17,031 nt of DNA from Thermococcus sp. JdFR-02 (lineage in GTDB: Archaea; Methanobacteriota_B; Thermococci; Thermococcales; Thermococcaceae). The notes beneath the pieces are model-generated. The model had not been told where the DNA came from. It did not search any database and saw nothing but the letters and a program-made list of their open reading frames with translations. The position numbers and the translations under genes were made by a program. Within the stretch, counting starts at the first letter, position 1. The number at the start of each line of letters is the position of its first letter. Below are positions 12,315 to 17,031 of this stretch, piece by piece. The DNA lies in NCBI GenBank assembly GCA_002009975.1, contig MTLP01000043.1, positions 1 to 17,031 of the forward strand. Direction: 5' to 3'.

Positions 12315-14461
12315 TGTGTGTGGCTGGTCACATTGCACATCCTCTCATCAGGGAGAACACAGTGGAGGCAAGGCTGTATCAGCAGGCGATAGCCGCGGTT
12401 GCATGTTCGGCAAACACCCTCGTTGTGCTTCCAACAGCGCTGGGCAAGACTGTCATAGCCGTCCTTGTGTGTGCTCACGTGTTGCAGCGCTTTCCCTGGC
12501 TCAAAGTGCTAGTGCTCGCACCCACACGGCCACTAGTGTTGCAACACCGAGACTCTTTCGCAGAGTTCCTTACACTGCCAGAAGAGGAACTGATAGCAGT
12601 AACTGGAAGAATGCCTCCCGCCACGAGGAGAAGAGTGTGGGAAAAGGGCAGGGTGTTCTTCGCTACACCCCAGCTGGTCAGAAACGATGTTGAGGCGGGC
12701 ATCCTCGATCTCTCGCAGTTTTCTCTGCTGATCTTCGACGAAGCTCACAGAGGCGTTAAGAAGTATGCATACACGGAAATAGCCAAGTCATACTTGGAGA
12801 ACAACCCGTATCCCCTGATACTCGCCCTGACCGCTTCCCCAGGAGGAGAAAGGGAGCGGCTAGATCATGTCTGCAGGGCACTTTACATAGAGAGGGTAGA
12901 GTACCGAAGCGAGAGCGACCCTGATGTGGCGCCGTTCATACCCGGCACTAGGGTCGAATGGAGGCTGGTGGAGTTACCAAAGGAGTACAGAAGAGCAGAG
13001 CGCGTGCTCAGGGAGATGATACAGCAACGCGTATCTGAACTTGCCAGAGCCAGATTGATAGCAAAGAATCCCTCTCAGGTATCAAAGAGCGACCTGCTTG
13101 AAGCAGGGAAAAAGCTCCAAGAAGCATTGAAGGATGCAGACGGGTATAAGAAGGGAGCGATCTTCTCAGCAATAGTTATGCAAAGCGCTGCACTGTCGCT
13201 CGCCCACGCTCTTGAGGTGCTTCAAACACAGGGCGCAGCGCAGGCACTGAACTTCATGGAGAAGCTCGCCAGAGAAAGCGATGAAAAGAGAAGCTACTCG
13301 AACATAATAAGCGATGAGCTCTTCCCCTATCTGCGCTCCTCACTGAGGCGCGCCGCTGCGGTGGAACATCCCAAAGTAGATGCATTGGTAGAGGTGGTGG
13401 ATGTGCAACTGCAGCAGTCTCCAGAGACTAAGGTGCTAATTTTCACTCAGATACGCGATACTGCTACTAGGATCGCCGAGAGGCTCAGGCAAGAGGGCAT
13501 CGCCTGCGAGCGCTTTGTGGGGCAAGCATCTAAGGGAAAAGACAGAGGGATGACGCAAGAAGAGCAGCGAGACGTGATACGTCGTTTCAGAGAAGGTGAG
13601 TTCCGTGTACTCGTTGCAACGAGCATTGCCGAGGAGGGATTAGATATCCCAAATGTTGACTTGGTGGTATTCTACGAACCCGTACCCAGTGAGATCCGTT
13701 TCATCCAACGCAGGGGAAGAACTGGCAGGAAAGCACCCGGGAAAGTGGTGATACTCGCTGCTAAAGGTACGTCTGACATGGCCTACCTGTACAGCTCCCA
13801 GCGAAGGGAACGCGCAATGAAGGTGATGCTTGCCAAGCTTAACGCCAAACTCAAGCCGCTGGATAGGGGGAGACCTCCAGAGCCACCTCCTGACTTCAGG
13901 GAAGTGGTAGCGCAAGGAGGTATCTTACAAGGAGATACAACCATTTCCACCAAAGTGGGCGAGAAAAAAAATAATACAGGTTTCTTTTTCACAAGTGCTG
14001 AAAACCCGCTCCAACGATGTCTTGATGAGTGGTCTCCTTCCGGAGAGGTGCATGGTGTTGGTAGAGTGGAGAAGGCAGTGCTCCAAGTGCTTGCAGAAAA
14101 ACGCAGGCTGGCAGCTGATGAATTGATTGAAGTGCTTACGCAAGGTGGCACTTTCACAGTAGACCAGGTTAAGGCTGCAATACACAGTCTGCTCACCAAG
14201 AAAGAGATATACATCCCGAAAGTAGGAGAGGTGGCGTTGCCAGAGGCAGATGGAAAAGACGTGTACGAAGCAGAGGTGGAGCGCATCTACCCTAGCGGTG
14301 CTACTCTGATTCTCAACGGAAAGTTTAGAGCAAGGCTTGATGAGGCAGATTTCCCGGAGGCAACAGGTATCCTGAAAAAGGGAACAAAGCTGAAGATACG
14401 CGGGGTGTTGTATAGACACAGTGGTGTCTTGCATATTAGACCAAAGGATGTGTTTTACTGA
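12314..14461 (+). CDS. hef: Hef/FANCM/Mph1-family SF2 helicase lacking the ERCC4/XPF nuclease, with C-terminal wHTH-like and OB/S1-like domains
   Basis: Motifs 'EARLYQ', 'LPTALGKT', 'DEAH', 'LTASPG', 'HPK', 'ATSIAEEGLDIP' and 'QRRGRTGR'. The C-terminus has no GDxnERKxxxD nuclease motif. Confidence 0.88.
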   Translation: MCVAGHIAHPLIRENTVEARLYQQAIAAVACSANTLVVLPTALGKTVIAVLVCAHVLQRFPWLKVLVLAPTRPLVLQHRDSFAEFLTLPEEELIAVTGRMPPATRRRVWEKGRVFFATPQLVRNDVEAGILDLSQFSLLIFDEAHRGVKKYAYTEIAKSYLENNPYPLILALTASPGGERERLDHVCRALYIERVEYRSESDPDVAPFIPGTRVEWRLVELPKEYRRAERVLREMIQQRVSELARARLIAKNPSQVSKSDLLEAGKKLQEALKDADGYKKGAIFSAIVMQSAALSLAHALEVLQTQGAAQALNFMEKLARESDEKRSYSNIISDELFPYLRSSLRRAAAVEHPKVDALVEVVDVQLQQSPETKVLIFTQIRDTATRIAERLRQEGIACERFVGQASKGKDRGMTQEEQRDVIRRFREGEFRVLVATSIAEEGLDIPNVDLVVFYEPVPSEIRFIQRRGRTGRKAPGKVVILAAKGTSDMAYLYSSQRRERAMKVMLAKLNAKLKPLDRGRPPEPPPDFREVVAQGGILQGDTTISTKVGEKKNNTGFFFTSAENPLQRCLDEWSPSGEVHGVGRVEKAVLQVLAEKRRLAADELIEVLTQGGTFTVDQVKAAIHSLLTKKEIYIPKVGEVALPEADGKDVYEAEVERIYPSGATLILNGKFRARLDEADFPEATGILKKGTKLKIRGVLYRHSGVLHIRPKDVFY

Positions 14462-14753
14462 AGATTAACACCATTATGGCGCATGTTGTAGTTTTGAGTG
14501 GTTAGTTATGAACTTTGTTCTTGATGACAAACTGGTAGTGATTAGGCGAGGAGTACTTTTAAGGAGAAAGCTTTCTATGAAAAGGCACTTTTGAAAACTT
14601 CAAGAGCATATAGGTTTTCTGAATAAAATACGAAATAAGATAGTCCAGCGATAAAGAAATTAAAATACTCTTTCAAAACTATTTTGAGTGAATATTATTT
14701 TGGTTTTACATGTTATAACACTTGTTTCTAAAAAATGAGATGAGATGGTCTGA

Positions 14754-15710
14754 ATGAAGATTATTAAGGAAGAATATGTGCTTCTGGATGGCACTAAAAA
14801 GAAGCTTGTAAAACGTGTTGGAGATGGTTCAATAATCACAAGATTTGATAAAACACCACTGCCTAAAAAGGCTAAGGATGTTGTTTGTCCTCATTTTCTT
14901 GAACTGAAATGGGCAACTGGTTGCTTTTACAACTGTGCTTGGTGCTATCTTCAGGGAACCTTTAGATTTCTGCCCTACGGGAAGAAGCCCAGAGTTAAGC
15001 CCTACAGAAAAATTGCCAAGCACATCTCTGAGTTTCTGAAGGATGGTTCAACTCCAGAACTTTTAAATGCTGGAGAGCTTTCTGATTCTTTACTTTCAGA
15101 AGGAGGAAAAAAGCCCTTCTCCACTTTTATATTAGAGCTGATGTCAAATCAAAATAAACACAAGGTGTTGTTTGTTACAAAAAGTGAGAAAGTTGAGAAT
15201 TTAATTGAAATTGCTGATATAGCAAAAAATAAAATCATTTTGAGTTGGAGCATGAATGCACATCCGGTTGCTGAAAGATGGGAAGTAGGTGCACCACCTG
15301 TTGAGAAGAGAATAGAGGCGGCAAGATTAGCTTTCGAAGCTGGATACACTGTAAGAGTAAGAATAGATCCTATGGTGCCCGTTAAAGGCTGGATGAGATA
15401 CTATGCAAACTTAGTGGATGAAATCTTTGAGAACTTTACCCCAGAGAGAATTACAGTTGGGAGTTTGAGAGGGCTCCAGACCACAATAAACAATGCCTGG
15501 GACAAAAGCTGGGTTGAGTACCTCTCAGAGAGGACAAACTGGGGGAAGAGAATAGACTTTAAAACGAGATACGAGATGTATAGAACCATATTTGACTACC
15601 TTAAAAAAGAGTATTATTACACAAATATAGCACTCTGCAAAGAAACCAAGGAAATGTGGGAAAAGCTCGGGGCAGACTGGAAGAATATAAAATGCAACTG
15701 CCTTTTATGA
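14754..15710 (+). CDS. Spore photoproduct lyase-like radical SAM protein (AT-rich)
   Basis: CxxxCxxC in 'GCFYNCAWCYL', plus 'GELSDSL', 'FVTKS', 'SWSMN', 'RIDPMVP' and C-terminal 'LCKE...CNC'. Confidence 0.85.
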   Translation: MKIIKEEYVLLDGTKKKLVKRVGDGSIITRFDKTPLPKKAKDVVCPHFLELKWATGCFYNCAWCYLQGTFRFLPYGKKPRVKPYRKIAKHISEFLKDGSTPELLNAGELSDSLLSEGGKKPFSTFILELMSNQNKHKVLFVTKSEKVENLIEIADIAKNKIILSWSMNAHPVAERWEVGAPPVEKRIEAARLAFEAGYTVRVRIDPMVPVKGWMRYYANLVDEIFENFTPERITVGSLRGLQTTINNAWDKSWVEYLSERTNWGKRIDFKTRYEMYRTIFDYLKKEYYYTNIALCKETKEMWEKLGADWKNIKCNCLL

Positions 15711-15713
15711 TAA

Positions 15714-16757
15714 CTATTGATTATTGAAATCCTCCAAAGATTTCTGAGTATTTCCCTTAGTTTTTTTCTCATGCGGTATGTCTGTCAATCTTTTCTCCTT
15801 TCCAAGCATCCTATTAAAGCAATGCTCTACCAAGTCACCACTAAAGCTTTCCACATATACTTTCAGACTTTCAATCCAATTTTTCCAAGGTGGGTCCTTA
15901 CGTTTACTTGTAAATATCATAAAATACTTAAAGTTAAAGTTGTTTCCTGATCTTACAACAATATCCTCTACATATCCTTTATAATTTTTTATTATGTCAA
16001 TATAAGCATTCTTTACTTTACTTTCTGTGTTGAAATTCCTCCAAATATTCTCCCGATAGCCAAAAAATTCTGTAATTTCATTTACTGTTTTTTCTCTTAA
16101 GCCTTGACGAATATACTTTCCAATCTCTTTAGCTATTAAAGTGGCTTGGAGAGTTATCAGAGCATCACCATATAAATTCAACATTTTCCTGAGATTTTCC
16201 ATTTTGAATTCCCATTTGTAAGGGTCTATAAAAACAAGACAGTTCTTATATTTAATTTTATCGAGTTCTTCTGAAATTTCATCAGCGGCTTTATTAGCAT
16301 CTTTGGTAATAACTTTATATCTATTTTCTATCCATGAATATTCTTCAAATTCTGATAAGATTTCAAGCCTTTTTTTAAGGGCATCCGTGTATTCTGGAGA
16401 ACTATCCACAAAATACATGTAATCAAAGCGACCATTCGCCTGTGTTGCACAATCAATTACCAGCAAAGGAGAACCAAGCAAAGGTGGAAAATTTCCAATT
16501 TTATTTAATCCACTGCCTGCAAACAAATCAATATAGAAAACTTTTAAATTTCTATATTTATCTTTGAGCTGTCTTTGTACTATGTTCAGATACTGCTTGG
16601 GGAGATAGGACAGTCCGACAAGTTTTAGAGGGGTCCATGGTTTAAACTCATTATAAACCTCCACTTCTGCAAGTCTTTCCATCACATCCTCCTTGCCCTT
16701 CATTAGCAATATTTCAAGCCTTCTATCAAGATCTGTAATCTTCTTTTTTACCCCCAT
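15714..16757 (-). CDS. tcmP: Three-Cys-motif partner (TcmP)-like SAM-dependent methyltransferase-fold protein
   Basis: Motifs 'WTPLKL', 'YIDLFAGSG', 'GSPL', 'DAN', 'VFIDPY' and 'YFMIFTS'. It lies tail-to-tail with a radical SAM gene. Confidence 0.75.
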   Translation of the reverse strand: MGVKKKITDLDRRLEILLMKGKEDVMERLAEVEVYNEFKPWTPLKLVGLSYLPKQYLNIVQRQLKDKYRNLKVFYIDLFAGSGLNKIGNFPPLLGSPLLVIDCATQANGRFDYMYFVDSSPEYTDALKKRLEILSEFEEYSWIENRYKVITKDANKAADEISEELDKIKYKNCLVFIDPYKWEFKMENLRKMLNLYGDALITLQATLIAKEIGKYIRQGLREKTVNEITEFFGYRENIWRNFNTESKVKNAYIDIIKNYKGYVEDIVVRSGNNFNFKYFMIFTSKRKDPPWKNWIESLKVYVESFSGDLVEHCFNRMLGKEKRLTDIPHEKKTKGNTQKSLEDFNNQ

Positions 16758-17004
16758 CAATTTTAGTTGGTTTTACTCTCTTATTAAACTTACGTAAAAG
16801 TTGCTTTTGTTGAAAATTTAGAAGTGTCTGCTCATACCTACCAACTCCCCCAGCCCATTCTAACAGGTGTACTGCACGTTTTTATCTCCCTTATGCGAAT
16901 ATAACTTGGTAGCAGGCCCGCGAGCTACCAGCCGTTAAGTCCGTTGCATCCTGGGACAAGTTCCCTGGGAGAACACGCCTGAACCACCATCAATTGTGTT
17001 TGCA

Positions 17005-17021
17005 ATATATAAGCTTGTCGT
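17005..17021 (-). promoter_or_regulatory. BRE/TATA-like promoter on the minus strand, about 250 nt upstream of tcmP
   Basis: The minus strand reads ACGACAAGCTTATATAT. Confidence 0.45.
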
Positions 17022-17031
17022 TTGTTTTTAT

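Noticed and set aside
14462-14753. AT-rich gap with short ORF fragments (e.g. MNFVLDDKLVVIRRG...)
   Set aside because: The fragments are under 30 codons with no recognisable homology. It may be a gene remnant, but I cannot support that.
16930-16995. Resemblance of GATGGTGGTTC to a fluoride (crcB) riboswitch
   Set aside because: The flanking pairing and the downstream GCUGAUGAC-like motif are absent, and the downstream gene does not fit.
1-17031. tRNA, rRNA, transposase, integrase or capsid genes
   Set aside because: None is recognisable on either strand.

Overview
This is an archaeal window, shown by TFB, PCNA, Hjc, a Hef-type helicase, GGAGGTG-type ribosome-binding sites and TATA boxes. 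A moderately GC-rich backbone is interrupted by two visibly AT-rich inserts. On the + strand the backbone carries the end of a surface/pilin-like locus, a lipoprotein, a small unannotated HTH gene, a divergent TFB, a wHTH regulator, a radical SAM enzyme, and an operon of PCNA, wHTH, a DUF2226/PATAN-like gene and a TM/coiled-coil gene. On the - strand it carries MinD-like, DUF2226/PATAN-like and MinD genes. A divergent + strand operon encodes Hjc, a catalytically degenerate RNase HI-like protein, an unannotated CPxCG zinc ribbon, and a Hef helicase whose XPF nuclease is replaced by wHTH+OB-like domains. Insert 1 (~6240-8990) is a single STAND/AAA-TPR gene bracketed by imperfect inverted repeats. 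Insert 2 (from ~14460) pairs an SPL-like radical SAM gene with a TcmP-like methyltransferase. The best candidates for undescribed systems are the nuclease-less Hef/Hjc operon and the PCNA-linked double-MinD/double-PATAN module. All family calls come from motif recognition by eye; no searches were run.
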